DNA of 64,000 nucleotides from Lytechinus pictus. Its lineage: Eukaryota. The stretch lies in contig NC_087245.1 in the NCBI RefSeq assembly GCF_037042905.1, forward strand, positions 558,001 through 622,000, in the 5' to 3' direction. The position numbers were made by a program, and so were the translations under genes. The number at the start of each line of letters is the position of its first letter. Position 1 is the first letter of the stretch. This document shows positions 1-14,173 of this stretch, in pieces. Below the pieces are notes generated by a model, which saw only the letters and a list, made by a program, of their open reading frames with translations, was not told the DNA's origin and made no database searches.

Positions 1-445
1 ATGAGTGAAAATAATTATAATGACGAATTTTTAGCAAACCAAACTAGAATCACTAACGCTAATCCCTAATCACAATCACGAATTCAATTCTACTCCGGAT
101 GTGAATTCCAGTTAAGTTTCACTCAAATTACGGTACGAATTTTACGTCTGACAGGTTTGACCTCCAAAACATGGGGGCGCGGAGCTATAACGTGACCTAA
201 CGTGACCTTTCAAGCACTTCCGTAGAGTCAAGATTCCCGTGTGAAAAGGCCCTTATAATATCACTCGAGACCATGATTGAACTTTGCCCCATTGGAGCTA
301 GAGATCCACACTTGTCGAGAGATCCAGCGTTTGCAGGGTAGCCTCCTCAGTCGGTGACGTACACTGTATACTCACAGAGGGACATGTAAACACACACAGG
401 GCCTTTTCACACGTGAATCTGATCATTGTAATGATGATTGCTATT

Positions 446-706
446 CATTAGCGTACCTAAAGGGGGCAGGGGGCAGTCTGCCCCCCCCCCTGACGAGTCG
501 CAACACATGCAAGGGACGTATCCCTGCCCCCTTGACGAGTCAAAACTGTTCCCTGACGAGCCACAAGTGGCCCCTCCTTTTTTCTGGTGCGAAATGTCCT
601 TTACTTGAGGTTGAATACCTTTTTTTTTTTTTTTTTTTTTGCTTGTCAAATTTTTTGGCGGAAGAATTTGCCCCCCCCCCTTTGGAAAATCCTAGGTACA
701 CCACTG
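446..706 (-). mobile_element. hAT-type MITE, family copy 1
   Basis: Imperfect TIRs; perfect 8-bp TSD TTGCTATT (438-445, 707-714); homologous to 9804-10173 and 63231-63468. Confidence 0.85.
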
Positions 707-815
707 TTGCTATTGTAATCGTGACTGTTGCGTTCGTGATTCTAATCATGTTCTAGTTTGGTTTCACAAGTGCTAAATATTCGCCATTAGCCTTATTTTT
801 CACTGGAATCATCAT

Positions 816-1102
816 GTGGAGCGTCGTGGCCCAGTGGATTAGTCTCCGGACTTTGAAACAGAGGGTCGTGGTTCAAACCCCAGCCATGGCGTAATTTCCT
901 TCAGCAAGGAATTCATCCAGTGTGCTGCACTCGACCCAGGTGAGGTAAATGGGTACCGGCAGGAAGTAATTCCTCAAAAAGCAGTGTGCACCGAATAGGT
1001 AGCCTAGCTTAGCCGGGTAATAATAGCAGGGCCCGCTGGGAGAACAGTTTTCGGAACTGAAGTGGCTACCCTGGGTAAATATACCTATATTATATTATTA
1101 TT
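816..1102 (+). mobile_element. tRNA-derived SINE
   Basis: A box TGGCCCAGTGG, B box GGTTCAAACCC, (TAT)n tail; close copy at 41890-42177. Confidence 0.85.
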
Positions 1103-1272
1103 CAAATTACGATTTTTTTTTTAACCGTGTGAAAGGGCGGAAAGAAAAAAAAAAAAAGGACAATAACTACAAGGATAAAAAAGAATAAAGTTTGCCGATC
1201 TGTGCCCCCCCCCCCCTCTTCCAGTTCTCTTTGATTTCTTCTTTTAAAATATATCGATATTCTGTTAAATAG

Positions 1273-4200
1273 TGAAGAACTTGTCCGAGTTTGGAGTCAC
1301 CACCCATTCAGTTTCAGCTAGCTGGTTACCGCCATCCTGTGGGATGTACTCTTTTTATCATGTGACCTGTTCAAATGGATCAGATGTTATAACCCAGGAG
1401 ACCCTTGATGTTCTGGAGACAATGTTTAATTGTACCAATCTATTGCCTGGAATGTGTGTCAAAATAACAGTCACAACATTGTGTGGTTGTAGTGAGAGTG
1501 AATCAAGATCGATCACCAATTGTACAGGTTGGTTGTTCATCAATCGTAATTCATTCATTATAATACGTAAATCAGTTTCTTTAAAAATAATGAACCATGT
1601 TTATGTTGTTTATTTCTGTTTCACTGTATCGATCAAGTTTATATGCAATCTCATTTTAAAATGTTAGATTTTTATCTTGTCGAGGAACGTGGACGGATAT
1701 ACAGAGAAGATCATGCAATGCTGACATATCTTATTAAGATTCGTGCCGAAACATAATTGACTCAATTACGACTTCCCATCTCCTTTTGTTTTAATACCAT
1801 ATGCAGCTCCTCCTACTACTCCTTCTCCTCCTACTACTCCTACTCCTCCTACTACTCCTTCTCCTCCTACTACTCCTTCTCCTCCTACTACTCCTACTCC
1901 TCCTACTACTCCTTCTCCTCCTACTACTCCTCCTCCTCCTCAACCCTGCAAGTATTTTTGTAAGATGTGTCCAACCATCCAGTGGATGCTAGTCTCTTTA
2001 CTCTGCTCTAACACGTTTGGTTGGATCTCTGTTGCTCTCATCTATTACTTCAACAAACCCACAAAGACAGATCCTATGACCCCTATGACATACATCCAGA
2101 ACACTCCAACGGATCATCAAGACATCACTCTAACCCAGAGGTAGGTCAAACCAATCTAATTTTATTTCTTTTGTTTTTTATTATTATTTTTTGCCTTGCA
2201 TGCAGATAAAATGCTGTATACCCGTACTGAAGAATAAGGGTGGACTGGCAGATACAGCTTACAAGATTTTGCATTGTTTTAAATGAAGAAATAAATACCA
2301 TAAGACCTACACTTTCGGGGGAAGGTTGGGGGCTCAAACTGGTCCGATTATCTTATTACAAAGGGTCTTGGATGTCCATTTGGAACCGTGTTTTGTATGT
2401 TTAAAGAAAAGGGTGTCATTTATTGAGCACATTAGTAACAAAATGAACAACACTTTAATTGAGTTTATAGGCGAGTAGGCCTATATATTTTCATTTGTTC
2501 CTTAAACTGGGCTTCATGTAGGCGCTATACAGAAAATCACATATCATAATGTATAATTCATAGGCCCATCTTAATTATGTTCAGGAATTTATCCTTCAAA
2601 AGATACCCAAGCTTGAGGATAATTTGACACATAGTCACTCGTTGGTCATCCATGTATACATGGTCACAGAGTATAGGTTCCTGATGATACCCGAACCTTG
2701 CTGAACAGAAAAAGAAAAAAAAATCATTTTTTTCCCGTTTGTCTACTTTGTAAATTGTCTATTCGTCTACTGCCGACTCGTCCACTCACCACATGGTCTA
2801 CCTTCATTTAGTATAATGCAATTCCGTCCATCATCATTTCATCTAACAACCATTTGGTCCAATAACCATTTAGTCAAATCATCCCTTCGTCTAATCACAA
2901 TTTCTTCTATGACCATTTCGTCTCATAACCAGTTTGTTTAATATCCATTTTATTTACATTTATTTTGCACAATAAACACTAAGGGCACTAAATCCAATTA
3001 TGATATGGTATTTAAGTCATGCATCGTAGTTACAAAGACTGAATTGCACATGGATATACAAAATATTAAAAATGTACAGTCTCAAAACAGTGGAATTATT
3101 TACATAATTAAAAAGTACACATAAGACTGAATGCAAGAAATAACATATACTATAGCGTATTAAACCATACATATATTTACGATAAAGGAGTAATGTAAAA
3201 CACACCCATAATTAAAACAAAGAAGACGAAAAAGAAGAAAAAGAGAAGGAAGAAGAATAAGAAATGGAAGAAAATAAAAGAAGAAGGCATGGAAGAAGAA
3301 GAAGAAGATGGAAAAGAAGAGGAAAAGGAAGAAGATGGAAAAGAAGAAAATGAAAAAGAAAAGAAAAGAAATTTAAAGAAGAATACCAAGAAGATAAAAG
3401 ATCACATAATATATTGCAAAATGAGAATACAGAGTACTGATATGTAAAAGGTAAAATTTTAAATTGTGCTTTGTGGTTTGGCAATCATGAAAACACAGGG
3501 ATAAAATTCATTTCATAGAATTGTTATTACATATGTTCGTTCGTAAGTTCGTTTGGAAGTCACTATTCTTGATCAGTAAAATTTAGAAATTAGTTGAATC
3601 GTTGCCGGTACAAAGATTGTTTTTCTACATTTGAATCATGTTGCCTGTTTCATTAATCAATTATGGCATATACATTGTTAAAACATCACAGACCGAATTT
3701 CAATATGAAAAATAGTTTGACAAACAAAATAAGAAATTAAAATATGGCAAAAATTATAAATGGTATTGCCCTGCAAGATATAAGGACATAATACTAGATA
3801 AGTAATCATTAATTTTAAAAAGTGGTAAAAAATGAATTATTATAATTATGTTACATCATTGCTGGTTTAAGAACCTTACCAAATATAGGGTAAGGCGCTC
3901 TTTTTACAGCGTTCTGTTCTGCATTTGATTTCACGTATCCTCTTACTGTGTCTCAATTGCCTTAAAGAACTCTCTCTGTCTTTGGGGCAACCAGTCACGG
4001 AAGTTACAATACAGATCTAGCGAAGTTCAGGCAAAGTGATTCTCTTCTGTTTCTCATAGAAGTGAGATTACAGGCTTCGAGTGCCTGTTGGTATGATTCA
4101 TATCTTATTCCTAATATTATAGGGCACACTTTTGGATTGACTCTATTTGAGCCTCCTGGTTTAGAGTCAGTGAAGAATGCCAGATTACACAACAATACTC

Positions 4201-4950
4201 CAGAACCGGTCTTATGTATGAAATGTAGACTGTAATCAAATCAGGAAGTGGCATGGAGAAACGTTTCAGCATCCATATAGCAGATAGTTTCTTGGCTGCC
4301 TTTGATCATGGATCCTGTAGTTGACATGCTCTGTCCATCGAAGATCGCTGCTCAGAACGAAGCCAAGCAATTTCACTTGTTGCTTGTCCGAGATCTCATT
4401 ATCACGTATCCTAACCTCCGCTGGTGGGAGTTGTCCACAAGTAAATGACACGCTCATGAGTTTACATCAAATTTGGATGGGTTTAGACGCATATTCGATT
4501 CCTTACACCATTATTCGAGTGCCGACAACATAGAAGTCCAATTAGACCAAATGGTATATAGACTAAATTGGACCAACTGGTTATGGTGAGTGGACGAATT
4601 GGCAATTAGATTATGTGGATAGGGGACGAACTGAGGTAAACCAAAATACGAGTTGGCAATTGGACGAATTGGTATTATACGATTTGGAAATAAACCGTCT
4701 ACTTAATAGGGTATAAACATGATAAATCTAGAAACGCTTTTCCTTTTTTCCATTTTGAGAATGATTCACAAAAATATACTTATCCGTTTTCTATTCTACC
4801 TGTAGGGAAAGTCAACCTTCTTCACGAGGATCTACGCAAGATGAGGACACGAAGATATCGGAGAACCAACCGGTTACTTCTATGTCGTACGATAATCCGT
4901 CGTGCCACATCTCATCTGAAGGTCCAACGTTCGACACTGTTCTAATTTGA
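1273..4950 (+). CDS. 3' part of a type I membrane protein: FN3 domain, (PPTTPS/T)x7 mucin-like stalk, TM helix, short cytoplasmic tail; join(1273..1527,1807..2140,4806..4950); 5' exons lie upstream of the window
   Basis: AG/GT boundaries with matching phases (1-1, 1-2, 2-stop). First exon reads VKNLSEFGVTTHSVSASWLPP...YHVTC...NLLPGMCVKITVTT (FN3 pattern). Second gives PPTTPS repeats, then the hydrophobic stretch WMLVSLLCSNTFGWISVALIYYF. Third ends ...SYDNPSCHISSEGPTFDTVLI* (TGA 4948-4950). Confidence 0.8.
1809..1940 (+). repeat. Coding 18-bp tandem repeat (7 units, PPTTPS/T)
   Basis: Unit CCTCCTACTACTCCT(T/A)CT inside the 1807-2140 exon. Confidence 0.85.
3215..3400. repeat. (GAA)-rich low-complexity tract (similar GA-rich tracts at ~6410-6745 and ~15590-15725)
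   Basis: Direct reading of the sequence. Confidence 0.8.
3850..4500 (-). mobile_element. Decayed CR1/L2-group LINE, RT C-terminal fragment
   Basis: Frameshifted pieces KLLGFVLSSDLRWTEHV, YISYIRPVLEY, YQQALEACNLTSMRNRRESLCLNFA. Sits between the two arms (~2735-3000, ~4540-4697) of an older palindromic repeat. Confidence 0.75.
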
Positions 4951-5852
4951 TACAAAGACCAAAACATTGAACTGAGGTCGATGCCATGCTAATACATAAC
5001 AATGCAATTTCTAGCAGCTTGCAATGATACTCATTTTTTTTTTTGGGGGGGGGGTGCAATGGTATGGCTGAAATTAACAAATTTCATTAGTGGGACATCA
5101 AAAAAGGATTATACTTCTAAGTATTTTTCTTTATTTACTATCTAAAAGGATATCTTTTCGCTTGTCACTGTGCTGCCATTATCATGATTTATAAAAGAGA
5201 TTCTTTAACTAGAGTAGCTTACATAACCATGATAACAGCGATAAGTTGAATTTATACTTTGACGAATGTGTATATCCAGATGTAAAGTAGATTATCTGTT
5301 TCCAGTTACTTGGTTTCTATGTCGACGAATAAATATGAATGCTTCCTGACACGCCATTCCTTTCTGAGATATGTTTGGTCCTGATATACTCGACGTTTGG
5401 TCAAGTATAATTGTGTTCTTACCGTCTTCAATCTAATAATGTTATTATTGATGATAAAAAATGTGTTGAACACTATTGCTGAAACTAGATTGTTGGCATA
5501 ATACATCAGACATTAAAAAAAGGCTGATACATAAGTGGAATGCATAAGAGACACATGAATGCATATACTATGAATGCATATTACATGATAACAAACGAAG
5601 GATTTTATATACAGCTGACTTGTAATATAGGAGACTGGCATGTACTTCGTGCATAATTTTGATAAAAACAAAAGTGATTGCATGGGAGTTTTCAACTTTT
5701 GTTGAGTATAATGTCAACTAAAAGACAACAGTCTTTTTACGAGAATAAACAAGAATAAAATACCTGGTGCCCGTGAAGCTTCCAAACTGATCATCTGTTT
5801 CAATTTACCATTTATGCATATGTATTTTTTAATTATATTATCCATCGGTATC

Positions 5853-6190
5853 CAGGGTTCCTACAGAAATTTGAAAACAGAATTCCATGACTTTTCCATG
5901 ACTAAATTGCTGCTTTCTATGACTTCCCGTGACGTCCTGATGGGAGTTATGTAGAATTTGAGATGTCCGACAAAACTGGGAAAGATGGAAATCATGAACA
6001 CCAATTATAATAGCAGAGTATGATCACAGAGTATGCAGAGTTGCGAGACACTACAAACTGGAAAGCTTCCATAGCTAAGAAGTAAATGCAATTCCATGAC
6101 TTTTCCATGACTTCTCACAAATTTTCAAAATTCCCTGACTTTCTATGACCACAAGTTTTTCCAGGATTTTCCATGACTGTGGGAATCCTG
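5853..6190. mobile_element. hAT-like MITE with TTCCATGAC subterminal repeats
   Basis: Termini CAGGGTTCCTACAG / CTGTGGGAATCCTG; no clear TSD. Confidence 0.65.
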
Positions 6191-6997
6191 ATGTCGATAT
6201 GATCACAATTTGATAATTATTTGATTATGTATATATTTATATTTTTCTTTATTTACAGACACATTGATTATCTCAAGATTCAGTCTTCTTTTTTTTTAAT
6301 TGTGTAAAAAAATAAGACTCAAAGGTTTTACACTGCATATTTAATCGGATTTTTAAAAGATACATTTTTACATGAAATGTAAAATTCCAGCTTCTTTATT
6401 TATTCACAGTGAAAAGAAGAAAATGAATAATAGTTGGAAGAGAAAATTTCATTGAAGTAAAAAAGTAAAGGAAAAAAGGAGGAGAGAGAAGGAGATTGGG
6501 ATTACGAAATTGAGGTAAATAAAGGAGAGGGGAGAGAACTGGTGCGGAGAAAAACAGAGAGGGAGGGTTATGAAGAAAAATAAGGAGAAGAAGAAGAGAA
6601 AGAAGAAGAATAAAAAGAAGGAAACATAAGAATAGAATGATAAGGAAGAAGAAGGAGGAGAATGAGAGGCAGAAAAGGGAGGATCGAGAAAAGAGATGAC
6701 GGAGGAGAAGAAAGAACGAGAGAAATATAGGAGGGAAAAGAAAATTAAGATTCTAAATTCATAAAGATAATATGAGAAAAAGTCTGGCTTCGCGGGTAAT
6801 GAATATATTCTAGAAAAAAACCATGGACAAATAGACGTTGGCTCTTAATTATCTCGTGACAAAGCAATCTGTATTTTTTACAACGCTTAGAACATGGGTG
6901 AAAGTTTTGTAGGAGAGATATAATTTTGTTTATAACGAAGGAGTGCATTGAGATTGTCATTAGATATTTTACCTTGTATCAATGAAAAATCCCTCAA

Positions 6998-7203
6998 ATA
7001 ATAATAATAGGCATTTATATAGCGCCATCTATCTATAAATACTAGTATTCTATTCCGAGGCGCGTTGTTATTATTATTATTACCCCGGCTTTAGCTCGAG
7101 CTGCCTTTCAGCGCTCATGCATTCAAGGGATTAGTCCTGCCGGGTACCCATTCACCTCAACTGGGTTGAGTGCAGCGCAATGCGGATACATTTCTTGCTG
7201 AAG
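6998..7203 (-). mobile_element. 5'-truncated SINE related to the 816 and 41890 copies
   Basis: Reverse complement shares the CTGCACTCAACCCAG...AATGGGTACC core and has a (TAT)n tail. Confidence 0.7.
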
Positions 7204-7246
7204 TTCATATACCACGAGTTTCATTTAATTCAATAATAATGGCTAC

Positions 7247-7785
7247 TTAAAGGAAAAATCCACCCACACCAAATGTTGATTTTGATAAAGGGAGAAATAT
7301 CAAACAATCTTAACTCTGAAAATCTAATCAAAATCGGATGTAAAATAAGACTATTTCGTTAGTTTGGCAAAACAGTTATTCTAGCACATCCTGCATGGTT
7401 GATGTGCAAATGAGGTACCCGATAACGTCACCCATTCACTATTTATTTAGCGTTTTATTATTTTTCTCACAAAAAAAATCAAAGTTGACTGTTTCTTAAT
7501 TCCTCCCTGTACATTGAGTGTTGTAACATTGAAACTGTTTGAAGATTCTTATATTTTTTTTAATCTGCAAAATGTGAGAAAGTGTATATATTTCAAACAA
7601 TAAAATACGAAAGTATCATCGACTCTCTCACTTGCATAATCACTGTGTTGTGCATTAATTTAATGTGGAATTAAAAAAAATCAGAGTTTCATAACTTTCT
7701 TATTATACATCCTATTTCGATGAAAATTTCAGCGTTTTTTTCTTTTCATTCGAATCAACTTTTTGTGACATCGACTTGATCTTTC
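7247..7785. mobile_element. Diverged TTAA-type (Kolobok-like) MITE
   Basis: Homologous to 38505-39106 (ATCAAAATCGGATGTAAAATAAGA block and its inverted counterpart). Confidence 0.6.
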
Positions 7786-8732
7786 AATCAGAGAAGTAAG
7801 AGCTAGCTAAGAATAGTTCAAATTCGGTACAGACATTTGTGCATAATGCAGATTCTTAAGGAGACTATACGAGCTGCATGCTTCTACCAAATTTGACACA
7901 GAATTTGGAGTCTAGTCTCCACTCTAAAATGACATTGTCAGGTAAAGTGTCAAATTTGCGTATGATCTTGCAGACTACCTTAACCCACATCAAACCACAT
8001 TACCATGATGTCGGGATTTTAAAACCAAGGAAATAAATACCCCCATCCAGCGAGCTTTATACGGATTTTCGTCAGTTCTATGTCGGGTTTCAACCGATTG
8101 GAAGGGGATAATAAATTCCCTTAAAAACACACACACATATATATATTATGTATATATACAATATATATATATATATATACAGTATATATATATATATATA
8201 TATATTATATATTATATACATGTATATATTTCTGCAGTATAAAAGACTTACTCCCAAATTATATATGGGTGTATTTACAGGCTCAATCATCATTTTAAAT
8301 TTTATTCATTTATTTGCATCAGATTGAAACTTTGAGTTAATTCAATATATAAGTAAAAATTACCGACGACAGTAAATATAAAAGAAGAATTTACAAAATG
8401 CCACATACGTTATGTACAAAAAATATAAAATGCACATAATAAATTAACAAAAATATATAACAAATATACCACGGGACAACCGTAAACTCAAAATGAAATG
8501 AAAAAATCACCGTAATGAAAGAATGTTCACGAATTTTCGCCGATAGAGCATTGTCAGGTATCGTAAAGATCTTTATCATAATACCGAAGAGCATTTGAGT
8601 GAAACGTACTGTCCAGCTAAATCATAGAGCAATTCTTTCCAACCTTCACGAACTCCTATATACTTTCAGCTATTGCAGTTAATGTAGTCATAATAGTATA
8701 TCAATCGTAAAAACCTTGTAATATACTAGTGT

Positions 8733-9590
<858 letters not shown>

Positions 9591-9803
9591 ATTTCTGAGC
9601 TACTATAATAAAACAGTCAAAATGAATTAAAGATCGGTATAATGGTAGATTTCTCATCCAATGGTAACTGGAATCCTTGATATTGATTGAGCATTGCCAC
9701 ATGGTAGTTACTATTAATTAACAGAACCAATCATAGTGATATTCAAAATAACAATGTCCAGTGACAAAGAAATCACTTGTTCACCTTTTCCCTGGTTGGG
9801 GAA

Positions 9804-10173
9804 CAGTGGCGTACCTAGGATTTTTCACAGGGGGGGGGGCAAAACCATCCGCCAAAAAATTTGACAAGCAAAAAAAAAAAAAGGTCTTCAATCACAAATG
9901 AAGGATTTCGTACCAGAAAAAAATTTGACAAGCAAAAAAAAAAAAAAGTCTTCAATCACAAATGAAAGATTTCGTACAAAAAAAAAAGATTAAAAAAAAG
10001 AGCTTCAAGCTCGTCAGGGGGGGGGGCAATAAAGGTCTTCAAGCTCGTCAGGAGGGGCAAAAAAGGTCTTTCAAGCTCGTCAGGGGGGCAGGGATATGTC
10101 CTTTGCATGGGCTGTGGCTCGTCAGGGGGGAAGACTGCCCCCTCTGCCCCCCCCCTCCGTAGGTACGCTAGTG
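9804..10173 (+). mobile_element. hAT-type MITE, family copy 2
   Basis: CAGTGGCGTACCTA...TAGGTACGCTAGTG; 7/8 TSD match TTGGGGAA/TTTGGGAA. Confidence 0.8.
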
Positions 10174-10920
10174 TTTGGGAATGACTGACACAAATATTGT
10201 TCTCTTTGAGGGATTTCTTTTTTTAAAGGTTAGAAAGTATGAGTCTAAATTTTTCTATAGGGCCAGACATAGCGTAAAGGGCAAAATTTATTGAGAGCTG
10301 CGAGCGAGCAAAAATTTTGACCCTTTTAATACAAAATTTAATTTGGTGATAGATTTCAACATGATATTTTGAAATATAATCACATTTCACCCTTTTTCCC
10401 ATTCTTTCGTTTCTCCTTCTTTCACGATCGTGAACCGTTTTTTTTTTTTTTTTTTTTTTTTTTGGGGGGGGGGGTCCATGATCTCCATGCTCTGTACACC
10501 AGAGCGGATCGGTAGTCTTGAAGACCGAACTTTAAGTATATGTTAGCTTTACAACAAGACTATAGTTATTTCGTAAGGTAAACAATGTCAGCGCGAAGCG
10601 CGAGCTGATTTTTTGTTGTTGAAAAATTGACCTGAAAATGAGCAATTTTGAGTGTTTTGCTTTTACTGAATCTGTTCATATCATATTCTGTTTAGCCTTG
10701 ATTACCCCCTTTAAGTCAAATTTTAACCATATAGGCCCTATTGATTGAACTTTTTAAAGCCTTTGACATAAATGAACTTTCATACCATTCGCTACAATAT
10801 AGGGGCTAATGCGATATCAGTAAAGGGATTTGGCTCGAAAGATCCACCTATCAACATGATCAAAGAAGCACACTCAATATGACTGATCATTCTCCCCCAG
10901 CGTCTCATCGAATCGATAAA

Positions 10921-13175
10921 CTAAGTTGGAAGTAATCCTTTGGCCTGTAACTCTGGTAAAAGCTTCGCGACAGCATGCTCGATTGCTCCATGTCGACTGG
11001 AGTAGTGTCTATCTTTCACGCTGATTCCACTGGCTACATCCCATGCTGTTCCGTCATAGACCCATTTAAACTTGTGTACTCTCCCTTCTGCTTTGTAGAC
11101 AATGGTTCGTCCATGCAGATTAAACTGAAAAACAAAAATGAATCACATAATGTAATCATGGTCATACTATGATTCAGGTTTGAATTAATATTCGTCAACA
11201 GGTTCTGAAAAGTGTGTGTGCGTGGCATTAGCGAAGAATAAACGAGCCCGAGATGGCGAAGCGAGCGAGAGAGATAGAAAGAGAGAGCCTGTCCCCCTTC
11301 CACGGGAGCAGTAATGAACCCAAAATTTTCAGAGGGGGGGGGGGGATAGTGCATGGAGTAAAATTTCAAAAATTATATTATATTTAGAAAATAATGTAGT
11401 TCACTCCTTTTGCTCACTTTTTTTTTAATTTTTCCCCTTGGAAGTGAAACTTTTTGCGACCTAAGCACCCCCATACACCTGTGCACGGTGGGGAGATTTT
11501 TTTCTTTCTTAAGTGAAAATAAGTAACTCTGTAAATATTTACATGGTTTAATTTCAAAGTGGGGGTCGACCAGAACGGATTGCCTGAGCCCGAGATTATT
11601 ATTTACGGTATATATGGAACTTTTTGCAGTTCGCCGGGGCAAATGCGGTGCATATAATTACATAGTCTTTTGTATACTTCAAATTTGCTTCTTTTTTTCT
11701 GATTAAATACTTGTGTGGGGGACACGAATAATGGGATCCCCCGGGCCGCTCCGTCTGTAGACGCCCATGGTCACTCTCTACATGACCCGGTACCCTTCCG
11801 TGTTCCAACATCTTTCGAAATGCACCCTAAATGGCGAAATCTACATAATCAAATCTGCGACCATGAATTATGTAACACATGAAAAAAAAAGTGCGAACAG
11901 AGAGCTCCATGCACTAATAGTGGCGTCAAATGAACAGGGAAATTCACAAAAAAACATGTGATACACGTGTGCAAAGTGTCCTTTCACTCTGAAAAAAAAA
12001 ATAACATAACAATACACAACCTGAAAGTGGTTCACGAAAACAAGTGATTCATGAATAAATTTCCATATGAACAAACCCCTGAATTTCGTCATCCGCATAT
12101 CAATCAGTCATGTCAGTGTAAAAAAGCTTCCCACCCAAAGCGGCAATTGCGGGCGAATGGTGCCCTTACACAACATGCCCCTCAAAATTTGGGCGGTCAT
12201 TCTCATCGGAGAAACACGGCAGAAACTTTTAGTCCCTGAATCAAGCGAAATCCCGGGGGGGGGGGGGGCACTTACATTGACGAGTGGATACCATGCGCGA
12301 CCAAAAAAACACGTAAAAAGGATGTCTTTTCCAAGATAGGGCATGTTACGTACGTAACGTAATAAGGGTGTCAAAAACACTAAAATAGTGAAAAATTTGT
12401 AACTATTTCGCTAAGAAAGCTACGTGTTTAGGGTCAAATTTGTGAGGGTAAAAAGACTAAACAATAAAGGATATGTACTTTTTGCCCCAACAGTCAACAC
12501 TATCTATACGTGCTAGAGTTCGACTTGCGCGAGGTGTGGGCGGTGGGGCCGTACTAAATCCAACGATGTAGGTAATACAATAAGGGTAAAACCGACGTCC
12601 GTGACAAAAACAATCAAAATATCGCTGTACTTGTTTAGGGGTTCATTTCAGGGAATACTTGCCAAGGGTATCGTTTTATTTCCAATACTTGTTAAGAGTA
12701 GGGTTTCACACGCCAATACTTGTTAAAGGGTGCATTTTCAGAATATGGAAAATACTTGTTTAGGGTGCTTTTCGAGACCCCATGGTCGCGCATGGTATCT
12801 ACTCGTCAATGGAAGTGCCCCCCCCCCCCGCCGGGGCGAAATCCAGTAATCATAATTAAACTGAACTTATTTCATATCTTGCGCATTCCAATATCGTATG
12901 GGGTAACAAGCCATTGGTGTGTCATTTTAGGTAGTTCTCGCATTTACTACGGGGAAACTATTCCTTAAAAAAAATCAAAATCACAATGGAGATATGGAGA
13001 TGCAAATATGTCGTTGTCCACAGGGGCCGCGGAAGCGGGGGGGGGGGGCACCTTTCCCCGTAGTAAATGCAAAAATTCCGAATTAGTAATGATTCTAACA
13101 ACGTTTATTTATTCTTACCTGTCCACTTTCATTGACCAAAGTCTTAATAATCTGAGGAATATCCAACCCAGCCAT
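10921..13175 (-). CDS. 86-aa anti-lipopolysaccharide-factor (ALF)-like protein, no signal peptide, no Cys; complement(join(10921..11124,13119..13175)); probable non-coding first exon ~14082-14150
   Basis: MAGLDIPQIIKTLVNESGQ|FNLHGRTIVYKAEGRVHKFKWVYDGTAWDVASGISVKDRHYSSRHGAIEHAVAKLLPELQAKGLLPT*. Canonical GTAAG donor, TTTTTCAG acceptor, phase 0. Segments FKWVYDGTAW and SSRHGAIEHAV...KGLL resemble horseshoe-crab ALF as I recall it (LKWKYKGKFW; SSRSGAVEHSV...SGLI). Clearly homologous to the neighbouring caspase N-terminus. Confidence 0.85.
12253..12835. mobile_element. TIR MITE (hAT-like) in the coding intron of the ALF-like gene
   Basis: ~50-bp TIRs (CCGGG...GAGTGGATACCATGCGCGACCA); direct flank GCGAAATC(C) on both sides. 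Confidence 0.85.
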
Positions 13176-14173
13176 TATTGGTGTGTTGCTGCGGAGTGAA
13201 ATAATTCAAAGCAAAAATTACACTATTTTTGGATTCGAAGATTGGATTGTTCTAATATAGTTAATTTTAAATACACAATGTCAGCAACCACATGGGAAAG
13301 CTAAGAATCAATTTATTTGTGTTAAGAGCGAGGCTGAATCGAGAGACGTGGATAAAGAGGATCATCAGCTAATGGAGCTATAACGGAACCCCATTAGTTG
13401 GCATCTATCAGATTCGATAACCTGGTGACACTAATTCTGAAATGTGTTACAAATTCACCCATATTCTGGTACTACCTGGTAACTTCGCACCCTCCGAAAT
13501 GGGTAAAAGTTGTTGATATTTCTTGTACTTTCAGATATTTCAATATGAAAATAATACTAAAAATAAACTCAGTCAAGGAGCTTAATTACGTTTTTCGACC
13601 AAGTTGATCGCTTCAAGAAAACAAAACAAATTATCAACTTCAATAAAGAGACAAGTTAAAGCATGACCTAAGTATCATGCACACAATACAAATCATGATA
13701 CATTCAATGTATACTACAAGATATGCTCATTTCTGAATGCCAGGAAAATGAGATTACTAGCGATTGCCACTTACAGTTTAGAAATTGTTTAAGTTACAAG
13801 AGTTTACATTTTATACCACAACAGTTTGCAGAGAATAATTTACCTGCTCTAAACTCACTCATGTGTTAGTTGTATTCGTCCTCAAGTTGTCATCATATTC
13901 AAATAATTATATGAACTGTATATCTTATATTGCTTCGTCTTCATTATAAGACTGGTTACGATTCAAAATTGCAAATATAAAAAAAAAAAAAGTGCAAATA
14001 TCCGACAGCTACACAACAAAATGCGTATACGGTCTGACGATGGGGAAACTTTACGATAGATCATAAAAAAAAGATTCTTACCAACAAGTAGACCCAAATG
14101 TTTGATGAAAATAAATGCACTCTTCTATCACATGAATTCCTTCAATCTCTGATGAGATCATCTGAATTCCAGA

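Larger units (their letters stand above)
399..1138. mobile_element. Harbinger-like MITE remnant interrupted by a hAT-type MITE and a SINE
   Basis: Ends GGGCCTTTTCACACG ... CGTGTGAAAGGGC. An inverted related copy ends near 253 (shared AAACCAAACTAGAA block). Confidence 0.5.

Noticed and set aside
816..890. Possible tRNA gene (also at ~41890)
   Set aside because: The tRNA-like head continues into a SINE body and tail; no convincing cloverleaf.
1757..1992. Poly-Leu and SSYY ORFs in the track
   Set aside because: Wrong frames of the Pro/Thr stalk repeat; splice phase supports the third frame.
5306..5390. Alternative last exon for the FN3 gene
   Set aside because: Only an acceptor-like site; the peptide is unremarkable and the 4806 exon already closes the frame.
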